DNA of 64,000 bases. It comes from a virus (Duplodnaviria > Caudoviricetes). The translations under genes were made by a program, and so were the position numbers. Positions 49,214 through 58,554 of this stretch are shown piece by piece. The notes under the pieces are model-generated. The model saw only the letters and a list, made by a program, of their open reading frames with translations. It was not told the origin of the DNA and ran no database searches. The stretch lies in IMG/VR virus record IMGVR_UViG_3300023048_000001, positions 64,001 through 128,000 of that record. One strand, given 5' to 3'. Numbering within the stretch: position 1 is the first letter of the stretch; the number at the start of each line of letters is the position of its first letter.

Positions 49214-50059
49214 TCAAGCAACTTGTGCAAGCATTTCCACTTTCAAAGGGACGAAGTTAACCGTTTCGTCAAGCATATCGAATTCGCTGGGGTAGATGGG
49301 ATTGCGACCGATGCGCATGGTGCGGACACGACCATCCGCGTCACCGTAATAGTTGTCAACCTTGGCAACGGTAGAGGTAATGATAGCTTCCAGCTTGTCC
49401 GTATCAAACGTGATGGACAGTGTGTCACCAAAGTCAACATGACGACTATGGCTCTTAATGGCGATCATATTCATTTCCATGAACTGGATAAGGTCACTAT
49501 TGGAATGCTTGCCATAACGAGCCTGCGCACGATTCCAGCCACGGAATGACCAGATAAGTGCAGACTGAATAGCACCCATCTTCTTTTCGAATTCTTCCTG
49601 CTTACTCACGTCGAACGTCCACGTATCGGTACGCCAGTCATGCTTGGACAGGGCACGACGAATGGTCGTATAGCAATACCTATGGAAGTCACGCACCAGT
49701 GCACGCAGGATAGGATCATCCGGGAGTGGTTCATCGCACGGCTCGACCTTCCATTCACGTTGTTCAAGAAAGTTGTAGAAATCCGTATAGATGGTTTCCA
49801 GCATGTAATCACGGGAATGGTACTGATTCCACATACGCTTACCACAGCGAAACAGGAATGCGGCTCCAAAGGCCATCATTTCATCTTCAATGCTGTCCTT
49901 GTCATCTTCATGATGTTCGTACACATCATGGCACACCACATGCGGAGAATGGCACGGATCGAAGTGCGGACGATTCTCTATGCGCCAGCCACCGCTAGGA
50001 CCAAAGAAATGACCATTGGTGATTTCAGCATAAACAAACTTGCGGGTCTGGATCGTCAT
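49214..50059 (-). CDS. HDxxEH-motif putative metalloprotein
   Basis: GWR...FDP...HDVYEH...EMMAFG; element B leader. Confidence 0.7.
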   Translation of the reverse strand: MTIQTRKFVYAEITNGHFFGPSGGWRIENRPHFDPCHSPHVVCHDVYEHHEDDKDSIEDEMMAFGAAFLFRCGKRMWNQYHSRDYMLETIYTDFYNFLEQREWKVEPCDEPLPDDPILRALVRDFHRYCYTTIRRALSKHDWRTDTWTFDVSKQEEFEKKMGAIQSALIWSFRGWNRAQARYGKHSNSDLIQFMEMNMIAIKSHSRHVDFGDTLSITFDTDKLEAIITSTVAKVDNYYGDADGRVRTMRIGRNPIYPSEFDMLDETVNFVPLKVEMLAQVA

Positions 50060-50425
50060 AGGATTCATTCCTGTGGTGTGTTGATGGATTTAATTATACA
50101 CACCACCATCACTGATGCAAGTCCTTTTAAGAATGAAATTGAGGTTTTATTTTACACAAACGTATTGACTGATTTCGATTTCTATTATAAAATAGGATGG
50201 AGGCTGGAAGACTAGCCTCCCGAAACTGAACAAATAAAAAGCCCCGACCAACGTGGCCGAGGCTTTGTGTATCATTCAAGTTTGTATCATCTAAGTGTTA
50301 ATCAATTCTCAATATGGTTGTGAGCGGATTACATATAGATACCCTCGTTCATGATTTGATGTTACTGACAATGTTGCGTCTGAGGTTACATCTTACGGCA
50401 CCACCAACACTTTGTAAAGCTTTTA

Positions 50426-50491
50426 TTACGTCTTGTTCTTGTGACGCATGTACAGGATGAACGCCACCGTTAGCACGAGCAGAATGACCAC
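50426..50491 (-). CDS. 21-aa membrane peptide
   Basis: MVILLVLTVAFILYMRHKNKT, AAGGAG SD, GTG start. Confidence 0.45.
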   Translation of the reverse strand: MVILLVLTVAFILYMRHKNKT

Positions 50492-50494
50492 GAC

Positions 50495-50860
50495 TTACTC
50501 CTTCAGGTTGGAAACGCCAGTCCACGGAATTACACTGGCATCGGTCAGGTTGAACACGTTACCACGAGCGAAGTTCTTGGCCGGAGCCGACCAGCTTGAC
50601 GCCTTGAGGATGTCACCACGCTTGAAGTAGACACCCTTATCCGACTTGACGGTATTGTCTTCCTTCACGATGAAACCGAAAGCCGAACCCGTCTTCTCGA
50701 CAAGCACACCATTGCGGGTATCCATGGAGACGAGACGCACCAGCTTATCACCTTCAAGATACATGATGCACTTTCCGAAGCCATGCTCATTGCCACCGAA
50801 CTTATTGAAGTCACGGGTGACGAGGGTGTTGATCAGAGGAAGGGTATCTTCGATATTCAA
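50495..50860 (-). CDS. Hypothetical phage protein
   Basis: GDILKASSWSAPAK..RGNV motif; own promoter. Confidence 0.75.
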   Translation of the reverse strand: MNIEDTLPLINTLVTRDFNKFGGNEHGFGKCIMYLEGDKLVRLVSMDTRNGVLVEKTGSAFGFIVKEDNTVKSDKGVYFKRGDILKASSWSAPAKNFARGNVFNLTDASVIPWTGVSNLKE

Positions 50861-50904
50861 TGTGGTGTATCCCTTGAGTTGATGGAAGAATTATATAACG
50901 TAAT

Positions 50905-51072
50905 TCAGATGGTGTCAACATGTTTCGGCATATTTCTACATGCTTCTAGTGCTTCTACCATCTGACGCAAAATATGGGCTACCTGTGTACCAGTGTACTC
51001 GTTTTTACCACTCTCAATCGACTGTGCAATGGTTTCAACATTGACAGCCCTTCCACCTTCACGAATGATCAT
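50905..51072 (-). CDS. Small hypothetical protein
   Basis: GAGGA SD. Confidence 0.55.
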   Translation of the reverse strand: MIIREGGRAVNVETIAQSIESGKNEYTGTQVAHILRQMVEALEACRNMPKHVDTI

Positions 51073-51142
51073 AATGATTCCTCTATGTGAAGGTAGTGTA
51101 TGCAATCTCACATCTTTAAAACAAGATGCGGTGCAACAATCA

Positions 51143-51229
51143 TTAGTGGGAACGGATGTAAGGAATAGCCACAATGCCCACTACAACGATGATGTACAGG
51201 ACAGCGCTAAAGAAGTTCGAAAGTGACAT
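51143..51229 (-). CDS. 28-aa single-pass membrane peptide
   Basis: MSLSNFFSAVLYIIVVVGIVAIPYIRSH with a full element B promoter/leader. Confidence 0.7.
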   Translation of the reverse strand: MSLSNFFSAVLYIIVVVGIVAIPYIRSH

Positions 51230-51342
51230 GAGTCTATCTCCGTGGTGTGGAATCATTATATTTAAGATGATCCAGCATGTCAACACTTTGAGCATAAAAA
51301 AAGCCCCCAATGTGGGGGCTTTTGAGTATTACATGACTTGGA

Positions 51343-51729
51343 TCAGGCCAGCGAGGCGGACACCGAACGCGTGAACTTGAGGGCATCATTCGAATGAAGC
51401 TCGATGATATTCGCGGCCTTGCCACGGCTACCCGGATTCGCCTTGAGTTCACCGACCTTCTTGACGATGCCGTATTTGAGCATCATGGAAAGGTGCGGAC
51501 CTTCCAGCGGGACGCCATTGAGCAGGACACCGGCGATCAGTTCACCCGTGGTACCGCTGATGACTTCATTCTGCGCCGTGGCGGCAGCAGCCTTGGGAGC
51601 CTTCGGTGCGGACTTCTTGGCAGCAGGTGCAGCAGCTTTCTTCTCGACGGGCTTCTTTGCCGGAGCAGCCTTGACATTCTTGACGGTGGACTTGGGAGCG
51701 GCAGCGGCGGTCTTCGTGGACTTCGACAT
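51343..51729 (-). CDS. Basic putative DNA-binding protein with histone H1-like N-terminal Ala/Lys/Pro tail
   Basis: KAAPAKK repeats; domain similar to 43690-44145; GAGGA SD. Confidence 0.75.
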   Translation of the reverse strand: MSKSTKTAAAAPKSTVKNVKAAPAKKPVEKKAAAPAAKKSAPKAPKAAAATAQNEVISGTTGELIAGVLLNGVPLEGPHLSMMLKYGIVKKVGELKANPGSRGKAANIIELHSNDALKFTRSVSASLA

Positions 51730-51839
51730 GGTGTGATCCTCAGGTTTGTTGTTGGTGGACTGGTTTGCTTCCCAGTGATTAAAAGTATACTCCACTCTAA
51801 AAGATTGTCAACACTTTTTTAGAATGGAATGAACTTTTT

Positions 51840-52553
51840 TTACAACCCCTTGAATTCTTTGGGCATAAGCTTGACATTGCCAATGCTCAGGGATTCAAAG
51901 TTATTCTCATTGAACGCTAAGTTCTTGATTTGCGTGGTCTTTGGTAGCTTTTCCTTGATGGCATTGCTGATGATGACAGGAATACCACTGTTTACAGGCT
52001 TGACTTGAGCCGCTTCGATCACGTTACGGGATACTTCAATGATGTTGAGCATGATAGAGCCAACCATGGGCAGACCCGTTTCCTTATCTAGTACAGGATA
52101 GCTCTGCTTGTCATCCTTGTTGACTTCGGTAACAAAATTGATCTTGACACCGTTGGTCAGTGTGAGGTAGTTACGATCATTGCTGGCACGACGATTGTCG
52201 TCACGATCACCATCCAAGGTTTTCTTGAGTGAGGCAATCTCAACCGACTTTCGATCTTCGAAGGCCTTGTTCAGATCAGCCACGCTCAAACCCTTGATCT
52301 TTTCAGATTCTTTGAGGATATCCATGATATCGCCCAACGTGAGGGCTTCGATTGCCTCAATCCTGCGCTCATAGAGCTTCGCAGTAGAGAATCGTGAAAT
52401 GAAGTTGATATCGGCCTTATAGCCGGAACTAGCCACATATCCCTTGACAGTAGCGAATCCGCCACCGTTGGAATCCATGAGGCTTTCCAGTGCAGCGGCC
52501 TGACGTGCTGCCGCAATGAACTTTTGACCGTTATTTTCGATGATGACGCGCAT
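51840..52553 (-). CDS. Hypothetical protein
   Basis: 237 aa, AAGGA SD, TTGACA..TAGAAT promoter. Confidence 0.75.
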   Translation of the reverse strand: MRVIIENNGQKFIAAARQAAALESLMDSNGGGFATVKGYVASSGYKADINFISRFSTAKLYERRIEAIEALTLGDIMDILKESEKIKGLSVADLNKAFEDRKSVEIASLKKTLDGDRDDNRRASNDRNYLTLTNGVKINFVTEVNKDDKQSYPVLDKETGLPMVGSIMLNIIEVSRNVIEAAQVKPVNSGIPVIISNAIKEKLPKTTQIKNLAFNENNFESLSIGNVKLMPKEFKGL

Positions 52554-52716
52554 ACGGGTGTTCCTTATTATAGTTTCATTCTAAAGGGAAATGGATCAAG
52601 TGTCAAGAGGTTTGTGTATGAAGGTCATACACGAAAATTTGATTATCTGTTTGGTACCTTATCAACATAGCAAAAAGGGCAGCGGTTTCCCGCCACCCTT
52701 CATACTTGATCGGAGC

Positions 52717-53322
52717 TTAGTTCTTTTCGTGCTTATACTTGCTGTAATACACGTTTGCAGTCTGCAACGGCATACCCAATTCCTTTTCCATGCGCGCCAG
52801 CGTATGGGCACGTACACGACCAGCGTTCACGTCTTCCGTATAGATGGCCTTGCCAAGCTGGTAATTGCTGCCGGACGAAGGGGAACGGGTGGCCTTCGGC
52901 TTGCGCTCGACAGAAGCGATGATTTCACCATCTTCACCGATGACCGGAGTTTCGTCTTCCTCTTCGTCACCTTCAGCCACAATTTCAATGGGACGATACT
53001 TGAGAGCTTCCGGGTAGACATCGCTATCGCTGTTCTGCCATTCCTGCCAGATGATGGCCTCGGCTTTCATCTTTTCGAAATGCTCAGCGCCGAACGTTGC
53101 GTTGAGGTCGAACTTCTGGTCAGCGTGGGTCAGGTGGGTAATGGCACGCTGTAGGGTCAGTACGGACAGGTGATCGTTCCCCAGCACGTCATGGGACACG
53201 TCCGGGAACATACGGCGAAGCTGATTGATGGCAGCAGTGTGTGCAGCGTCCTGCGGGGTGTTGGCGTAGGTGTAGCCTTCGAAGTCGGAATCATTGAGGG
53301 CAAATGCGAGAGCAGAATTCAT
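52717..53322 (-). CDS. Hypothetical protein, possible C-terminal HTH
   Basis: LGMPLQTANVYY; own promoter. Confidence 0.7.
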   Translation of the reverse strand: MNSALAFALNDSDFEGYTYANTPQDAAHTAAINQLRRMFPDVSHDVLGNDHLSVLTLQRAITHLTHADQKFDLNATFGAEHFEKMKAEAIIWQEWQNSDSDVYPEALKYRPIEIVAEGDEEEDETPVIGEDGEIIASVERKPKATRSPSSGSNYQLGKAIYTEDVNAGRVRAHTLARMEKELGMPLQTANVYYSKYKHEKN

Positions 53323-53403
53323 TATTATGTAATCCGTTTAGTTATGTGGTGTTGGTGTGAAGAGAACTGTAATGGGCGTGTTACACCCTGTCAACAACTT
53401 TTT

Positions 53404-53898
53404 CTACTTTTCTTCACTTTCGTTAGTAATGGTGTTGGAACACAGATCACGAATCCCGTCAAGCGCCAGCGAATCCCGGAAGTTCGCCAGATTGATGTCA
53501 CGAGCGCATTCATTACAATAGTGGGCACGGGTGCTTCGGTTGAACCAATAGGCTCCCGGAGCCAGACAGGCAGAACGGTTGCACAAGCCACCACGTTCAC
53601 CTTTAACCTTTGAAAGCTGGGTAAGGGTGTTGATGTGTTCGCGTTCGAACTGGCGGTGTTGCTTGTTGATCAGAAATGCATGATCGATCACGCTGGGGAA
53701 GTTGTTAGGGGAGTAGTTATGTTGCGTGAGCCAGTTTTCGATAAGTGCAGAGCACTTTTGATTATTCGTTTCGTAGAACAGTTCAGGCCAAGGTTTGGCA
53801 ATGTACATATTCACGAAACGCTGCCCCATGCGTTGCTTATCGTGTGCTTCTTTGCGGTAGTGATAATCGTAGAACTCGATAAGTAAGCTGATGGTCAT
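53404..53898 (-). CDS. Hypothetical protein with C-terminal Cys cluster
   Basis: RMGQRF.N...LFY; CNRSAC...YCNECA; TAG stop. Confidence 0.7.
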   Translation of the reverse strand: MTISLLIEFYDYHYRKEAHDKQRMGQRFVNMYIAKPWPELFYETNNQKCSALIENWLTQHNYSPNNFPSVIDHAFLINKQHRQFEREHINTLTQLSKVKGERGGLCNRSACLAPGAYWFNRSTRAHYCNECARDINLANFRDSLALDGIRDLCSNTITNESEEK

Positions 53899-54172
53899 TT
53901 GCCCTATCCCTCGTTTGAGTATGTGAAGAGTGTAAAGGGTGATTCACACATGTCAATAGGCTGTGTAACATTTGTGATGCTCTTTTTCGGTGGGGGTTTT
54001 GTTTCATTGATACCTTCAAAGATTGTGAGGGTAGTTCTCCAGCCACAACCTATTTTACCATATGGAACCTGAATGTAGCCTGAACAATCAATTGAATATA
54101 ATGGTTGACAGGTGGGTTACGTTTTAGTAGTCTGGATGGATGTGATATCGACCAAGGGAGGTCCGAACCTGA

Positions 54173-54571
54173 ATGGTTTGTAAAGTTATCGTTAAGCCAT
54201 TGTTAGCTGTTGAGCAACCGGTCATTGACCAGTTTCGTCTACACAATCATGGCTATGAAGAAGGTAGGATGCTGGAAGCCATTGACTTTGCTTACAATGA
54301 AAGGAACCTTGGCGAGGATGACAATAGAGTATACCGGGCAGTGACCGCTGGTTACATTCTGGATGATGGTGAGTTACATTCATGGGGTCTGATATACGAG
54401 TTGTATGAGTCCCGTGGGGTGTATTCCTATCACATGGATGTATACACGGTACCCAAGGCCAGAGGGATGGGTTACGGTACACTGATAGTGAAGACCCTCA
54501 AGCAATTACATGATGGCTACATCTATACGTACAAGGCACATTCTTCGATCTACACCAGACTAGGGATGTAA
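54173..54571 (+). CDS. GNAT-like acetyltransferase
   Basis: VYTVPKARGMGYGT (acetyl-CoA motif A); GGAGG SD; paralog of 58123-58509. Confidence 0.7.
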   Translation: MVCKVIVKPLLAVEQPVIDQFRLHNHGYEEGRMLEAIDFAYNERNLGEDDNRVYRAVTAGYILDDGELHSWGLIYELYESRGVYSYHMDVYTVPKARGMGYGTLIVKTLKQLHDGYIYTYKAHSSIYTRLGM

Positions 54572-54622
54572 TTAAGTCCTTACGCTTGCGTAACCATAAA
54601 GGCCCCTACAGGGGCCTTTGTT

Positions 54623-54982
54623 TTATGCGAGGATTGAGAGTGGATGAGTCTCGACTTCTACCGCATTGTTGAATTTAAATGCCACTTGTCCAATGGACAC
54701 TGGTTCAACTATCTTAATCTTAAAGATTTTAACAACATAGCCATACTTCTGCAACAGTTCAATCATCCCCTGATTGAACCATGTACGTAATGCTTCCATG
54801 CTATCACATCCAAAGTGATATTCAGGAGCAATCAACCTATGTGGTGGTGCTGGATGAGAGTCAGCCTTAAGGTGTTCATGGATGATATCGCAATACGCTG
54901 CATCATCACTATAACTCATATCTAGGCCCTTCATGGAGAACGGACCCACACCGGACGGAGTTTCAACACGGTAGACAAGCAT
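54623..54982 (-). CDS. Hypothetical protein
   Basis: VYRVE...GPF...HP.P...FG..S...WF. Confidence 0.7.
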   Translation of the reverse strand: MLVYRVETPSGVGPFSMKGLDMSYSDDAAYCDIIHEHLKADSHPAPPHRLIAPEYHFGCDSMEALRTWFNQGMIELLQKYGYVVKIFKIKIVEPVSIGQVAFKFNNAVEVETHPLSILA

Positions 54983-54996
54983 GGGTCCAATAATCC

Positions 54997-55293
54997 TTAA
55001 GCAGCCGTGGCAACAGTCTTGGCAGCAATCTTACGGGCAGTAGCCTCGTTGGTGCGACGGATGGCACGGTTCAGTGCATCACGCAGAGCGGTGGCACGCT
55101 TGACGTTGGTGACCAGCGTCAGCGGACCCGTACCCTGACTATAAGCATTGATTCCGGCTTCTGCAAGAATCTGTGCAACTTCGTTACGCGACTGGATGGT
55201 GCCCTCGTAGGTACGAGCCTCAGCCTGCGAATCGAACAGCTTGCCGTCAGAGGTTTCGAACTTGGTAACAGCCTTGATGGAGGTAATAGCCAT
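54997..55293 (-). CDS. Hypothetical protein
   Basis: FETSDGKLF...EA..YE; AGGA SD. Confidence 0.75.
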   Translation of the reverse strand: MAITSIKAVTKFETSDGKLFDSQAEARTYEGTIQSRNEVAQILAEAGINAYSQGTGPLTLVTNVKRATALRDALNRAIRRTNEATARKIAAKTVATAA

Positions 55294-55330
55294 GGTGTTA
55301 TGTCCTGTTAAATAGTGTGTTTGATGATGT

Positions 55331-55470
55331 AGAAAATGGCAAAACCTTGGAAAATCAGGTAAATAACCATTAAAAATTGATAAAAACGCTTAAAAATCAA
55401 CGATTTAGGGTCATTTTCAGCGTATTTTGGCATCGAAAAGGCCAAAAACAACCCCAAAAACCCGAAAATT
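55331..55470. other. Helically phased A-tract (bent DNA) with IHF consensus site
   Basis: A/T tracts about every 10 bp; AATCAAcgatTTA at 55395-55407. Confidence 0.7.
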
Positions 55471-55483
55471 ATGATCAATGTGG

Positions 55484-56485
55484 TCATGTGTGTAGGAGTT
55501 CGTGTGCCTGACGATGGAGATAATTTACGTCATCTTCACTGAGGTTGTCAACTAATTTAATTGTTCCATTGAGGATATTTTCAGAAACTTTGTGTATGAA
55601 GGTCAAATCTGCCTTGGATACGACCTCACGGTAATTATTTAAAGCAAAATCTCTGAACCATCCTGAGGTGAGAGTGGTACAAACACGTTCCAGTGCCTTG
55701 TGGAAGGCCTTTGAGACGTCTCTCTCACCATTTAAAAGATATCTCTCAGTGGCTATCACGTAACTCTCTTCTAGTACGCAACAGATTTGCTGATGGTGAG
55801 TCAGGTCATCCCACTTTCTCTTTAAACATAATGCCATTTCAAGATCATCCTTCATCTTTTCATAGATGGGACGGTCCTCATGCTTCACGGCTTCATGGAT
55901 ATCATCGTGAATGACGAAATATCTCACGCTGTAGTGCTTGTCACTGAAGAATTCAGAATTGGTCATGTTCAGCTTGGGAGTAGACTTACGTCTCACACGG
56001 TTGGTCGTCTCCTTCTTACGTAGCTGGGCATACCTCAGGTCCATCTTTAACTTATTCTCAGACACGTATGCCTGTAGGTCTAGGTAGTCCTGTACATTCT
56101 TAGCAAAATGGATAGGGTGATTGATGTGGGCTCGCTTAGTAGCGAACAGGTCAGCGATGGGGAGGGCTTCAAAGGTGTTGTTGAAATCATCATCCACCAA
56201 AGGACCAAGCATCGTTCCACGGTTGTAGATGTATTCTACCGAGGGAAGGAGGTTGTTTTCAATTTCATAGTGAACCTTGCGCTCACCATAGAGGTCTAGT
56301 ATTACACTGACCTTGTACTCAGACTTACTTTTAAACTTAATGACATGGGAGCTAACACGCTCATACCATGCATCATATTCATCGGTAGACATAAAAACGT
56401 CAAAGTCCGCTCGTGCTAGACGGGCAGACTCGACTTTAATCTTATTGTGTGCAGCTAATGCACGAGAGCCAATAATGTACATCAC
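55484..56485 (-). CDS. Putative nucleotidyltransferase-like phage protein
   Basis: IIGSRAL...DFDV; HDDIHE; EESYVIA.ER; TLTSGWFR. Confidence 0.6.
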   Translation of the reverse strand: MMYIIGSRALAAHNKIKVESARLARADFDVFMSTDEYDAWYERVSSHVIKFKSKSEYKVSVILDLYGERKVHYEIENNLLPSVEYIYNRGTMLGPLVDDDFNNTFEALPIADLFATKRAHINHPIHFAKNVQDYLDLQAYVSENKLKMDLRYAQLRKKETTNRVRRKSTPKLNMTNSEFFSDKHYSVRYFVIHDDIHEAVKHEDRPIYEKMKDDLEMALCLKRKWDDLTHHQQICCVLEESYVIATERYLLNGERDVSKAFHKALERVCTTLTSGWFRDFALNNYREVVSKADLTFIHKVSENILNGTIKLVDNLSEDDVNYLHRQAHELLHT

Positions 56486-56530
56486 AAATCCTAAATGATG
56501 TACACATTCTATTGACTAGCTGTGTTTAAA

Positions 56531-56857
56531 TCAAACTGGCGGGTTGAAATGGATATCCGGCCAGATGACGTAGGTCTTGTCTTCATTGATGATGATACCA
56601 CCCATGAGGCCATGACGTGCGGCAATCTCAAGGATTTGTGCCGGGGAACCTTCCATTGCCCAGCAACGCGGCTGCGCCATGTGGAAGCTGAAACCCTTCT
56701 TGACAACCGTAGCACAAACTGTCTGCTCTTCGATATGATCGAACAGAGCCTTCAGGTCTTCATGCGAATCACCACGGCTATAAGACGCCAGATTCACTGA
56801 CAACTCACGATTCGATCCGTTGTAGGATTGAATCATCTTTTCGATAAGGGGATGCAT
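56531..56857 (-). CDS. Hypothetical protein
   Basis: GAGGA SD. Confidence 0.65.
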   Translation of the reverse strand: MHPLIEKMIQSYNGSNRELSVNLASYSRGDSHEDLKALFDHIEEQTVCATVVKKGFSFHMAQPRCWAMEGSPAQILEIAARHGLMGGIIINEDKTYVIWPDIHFNPPV

Positions 56858-56866
56858 GATGGTTCC

Positions 56867-57502
56867 TCAGAGTGATGCAACGTTGAGTTTGGGAAGCATT
56901 GCCTTTGACCAACGATAGAACATGTGCCGTCCTACCCGAGCGATGAGCTTGTAATTCTTGTCCTTAGCCCAATAAGGTTTAACATATTCAGCATGGTAGT
57001 GCGTCATGCCATCGATGTCAATCTTCTTGGAAGGCTTTAACGCACCAAGCATGACCAGCTTTGCGATAGTATATGACTGTTCCCATTCCGCTGCAACAGC
57101 ATCGTTCGTGAAATCAATATCATGGTTCTCACCATCGCATACCCATGAGAATGAACACTTGGCCTTGATGAGGTTACCATGACTGTCTGTGTTGGCCTGA
57201 TTGACCACACCACAGATGGTGGAAGGGAAGTGGGGAGACATGGTGCGTTCCAGTACAACGGTGGCAACCATCACCTTTCCATTTGCATCCTCACCACGCG
57301 ATTCAAAGAATACGTTTTGAGCCATGCAATCCAATTGCACCATATCCAACATCTGAATAGGTTTAACAGTGTTGGGTGGAATCGCAACGGCTATATGTGA
57401 CCGTGGCCGAACGATTGCGTATTCCCACAATGCTGCAATCATTAGTGAAGCAAATAACCCGAAGCTTACCCAAGCCATGAAAGAACACAGGCGAGTTCGC
57501 AT
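56867..57502 (-). CDS. SleB-like cell wall hydrolase (Hydrolase_2) with N-terminal TM anchor
   Basis: CMAQNVFFESRGE, VA.VV.ER, FPSTICGVV.Q, C.FSW, THYHA.YV.P.W, GRH.FY; AAGGAG SD. Confidence 0.9.
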   Translation of the reverse strand: MRTRLCSFMAWVSFGLFASLMIAALWEYAIVRPRSHIAVAIPPNTVKPIQMLDMVQLDCMAQNVFFESRGEDANGKVMVATVVLERTMSPHFPSTICGVVNQANTDSHGNLIKAKCSFSWVCDGENHDIDFTNDAVAAEWEQSYTIAKLVMLGALKPSKKIDIDGMTHYHAEYVKPYWAKDKNYKLIARVGRHMFYRWSKAMLPKLNVASL

Positions 57503-57548
57503 CTCTACTCCTTGTTGAGTCAGTGGGGTAATGATACGGTTATATAAT

Positions 57549-57902
57549 TTAAATGTCAATAGCTGGGAAGCGAGCCATAGCAGTAGGGACACCACCCAAT
57601 GCACGAGTGGCTTCCTTCCATTCTTTACCATGGATGTATCGTGCATAAGGGAACATGATCCCCTGAACGATATGTGCTATTTCGTGAGGAATGATTTCCT
57701 GTATCACGTAATCCCGGTTCATACGTGCATAGGCTGGATTGATGTAGACGACATTGATGTTCTGGTCAGCCAGACCTACATAGTCATCACCAATATCTTC
57801 AATTCTGAGCTTGATGTTATACATGTCAAGATCAGGCCACAGAAGCTTCGCCTTGGCTAGGCAACGATTGAATGCAATATGCAGTGCGGGATAGAGTTCC
57901 AT
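57549..57902 (-). CDS. SprT-like zinc metalloprotease
   Basis: IPHEIAH...HGKEWK. Confidence 0.85.
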   Translation of the reverse strand: MELYPALHIAFNRCLAKAKLLWPDLDMYNIKLRIEDIGDDYVGLADQNINVVYINPAYARMNRDYVIQEIIPHEIAHIVQGIMFPYARYIHGKEWKEATRALGGVPTAMARFPAIDI

Positions 57903-58122
57903 GGTAAAAGAATATCCGATTTAAATTATACGGTCAAGCCTTTCACCAAAATCTTCAAAGTCGAGAAGGCATATCCCCCAGCCACAACCTATTTTATCAT
58001 ATCTATTCTGAACGTAGGCTGAACAGATCAATATCGTTTAGATTCGGTTCATATGTTAACGGCATAATGACTTCTGTGAATTTGGCATCAACGTTTGAGC
58101 ATCATATAACAGGTTGTTAAGA

Positions 58123-58509
58123 ATGAGTTACGTAATCGTCTATAGTGAACCACTTGAGTCAATTAGTTCGGAAATGCGCAAAGAGCTTTACACACTGAAC
58201 TCTGGTACCAATGGAAGGATGCAATGCAACCTTGCATATTACGGTACACAGAATGCTCGCATGCAAAATGCTACAGTGTTCTATATCCTCAAAAGGAATA
58301 AAGTCGTTTCATGGGCAGTTGTGTATAATCCAACTCTTTACCCAAATCGATTCTCCAAGAAATTTGAAATGGATATCTTCACCCGTAAGTCAGCCCGTGG
58401 TAATGGCTATGGAACTGCTGTTGCGGAAACAGTGAGAGATGCATTTAAAGGTAAACTCATTCATGCGTGTAAGGGCATGACATCAGTCTATAGACGTGCT
58501 GGTATTTAA
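58123..58509 (+). CDS. GNAT-like acetyltransferase
   Basis: IFTRKSARGNGYGT; paralog of 54173-54571. Confidence 0.7.
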   Translation: MSYVIVYSEPLESISSEMRKELYTLNSGTNGRMQCNLAYYGTQNARMQNATVFYILKRNKVVSWAVVYNPTLYPNRFSKKFEMDIFTRKSARGNGYGTAVAETVRDAFKGKLIHACKGMTSVYRRAGI

Positions 58510-58554
58510 GTCCTTACGCTTGCGTAATGTAGAGGTGTATGGTACAGTCCTAGC

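Larger units (their letters stand above)
30750..53360 (-). promoter_or_regulatory. Dispersed element B: sigma70-like promoter plus conserved ACACCACA(GGAG) leader/SD, at least 22 copies
   Basis: YGTGGTGT on + strand at ~30750, 31061, 31737, 32111, 33153, 33932, 34387, 34885, 36186, 36835, 37409, 38072, 38669, 39397, 39927, 40165, 41676, 48739, 50072, 50861, 51241, 53345; almost always between TTG(A/C)CA-N16/17-TA(T/G)AAT and an ATG. Confidence 0.9.

Noticed and set aside
30750-53360. CRISPR array or integron reading of the dispersed repeats
   Set aside because: Spacing is irregular (0.3 to several kb), the intervals are genes, there are no attC-like GTTRRRY ends, and no cas or integrase gene is in the window
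30451-53886. Numerous + strand ORFs of 60-211 aa overlapping minus-strand genes
   Set aside because: No SD or promoter; expected antisense open frames from biased codon usage
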